Assembly (NCBI GenBank): GCA_964291215.2
Contig: OZ219790.1
Span: forward strand, 864,001-928,000
DNA: 64,000 nucleotides
Direction: 5' to 3'
Source: Alphaproteobacteria bacterium
GTDB taxonomy: Bacteria > Pseudomonadota > Alphaproteobacteria > MPNO01 > UBA830
A program made the translations under genes and the position numbers. Below the pieces are notes generated by a model. The model searched no databases and was not told the origin of the DNA. It saw only the letters and a list, made by a program, of their open reading frames with translations. This document shows, piece after piece, positions 63,695 to 64,000 of this stretch (the first letter of the stretch is position 1; each line of letters begins with the position of its first letter).

Positions 63695-64000
63695 TCAAAC
63701 CAGCTTGGCGCTTATGCCGCCATCCACCACCAGTTCAGCACCGGTGATGTAGCGGGCATCGTCACTGGCAAGGAACAGCGCTGCATGCGCGACATCCCAA
63801 CCATCGCCCATGTAACCGGTAGGACACTGGGCATCGCGCGCATCGATCATCCTGTCGACATCGCCGCCGCCATAGGCGTCCTTGAGCGGTTCGACAATCA
63901 TCGGGGTGTTCATCAGCCCCGGCAAAATGGCATTGGCACGTATGCCCCGGTCTGCGTATTCGAGCGCAATCGAACGGGTCAGCGGGAGTACGGCACCCTT
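63695..64000 (-). CDS. Short-chain dehydrogenase/reductase, C-terminal part (runs off window)
   Basis: GIRANAILPGLMNTP...LFLASDDARYITGAELVVDGG. Confidence 0.9.
   Translation of the reverse strand, partial: KGAVLPLTRSIALEYADRGIRANAILPGLMNTPMIVEPLKDAYGGGDVDRMIDARDAQCPTGYMGDGWDVAHAALFLASDDARYITGAELVVDGGISAKLV

Overview
High-GC, probably alphaproteobacterial accessory DNA (ICE, plasmid or genomic island). 1-5.6 kb: F-type conjugation genes (traA-L-E-K-B-V-C, minus strand) headed by a Cro-Cro-excisionase-like fusion gene, divergent from a CI/LexA-type S24 repressor. 6-19 kb: defence-type cargo, with an Rpn/YhgA nuclease, a large GHKL ATPase and an Ssp-like phosphorothioation cluster (cysteine desulfurase divergent from DUF4007, ATPase and PAPS reductase genes). 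That operon continues into a GIY-YIG nuclease and a DGQHR/DndB-like gene rather than sspE. 19-27 kb: two 201-bp units that share end motifs with an adjacent IS110, an intact IS256 and three tandem tyrosine integrases. 27-64 kb: many nested, micro-deleted IS elements and a decayed group II intron, interspersed with intact genes (AAA+/DUF4143 ATPase, flavin monooxygenase, Rieske oxygenase, SDRs, hipBA). Best candidates for undescribed biology: the non-canonical Ssp-like operon, an IS66 element carrying a minimal Dam-like methyltransferase (4 copies, 3 with clean 8-bp TSDs), and the IS110-associated repeat units. All family calls come from motif recognition by eye, not database searches.
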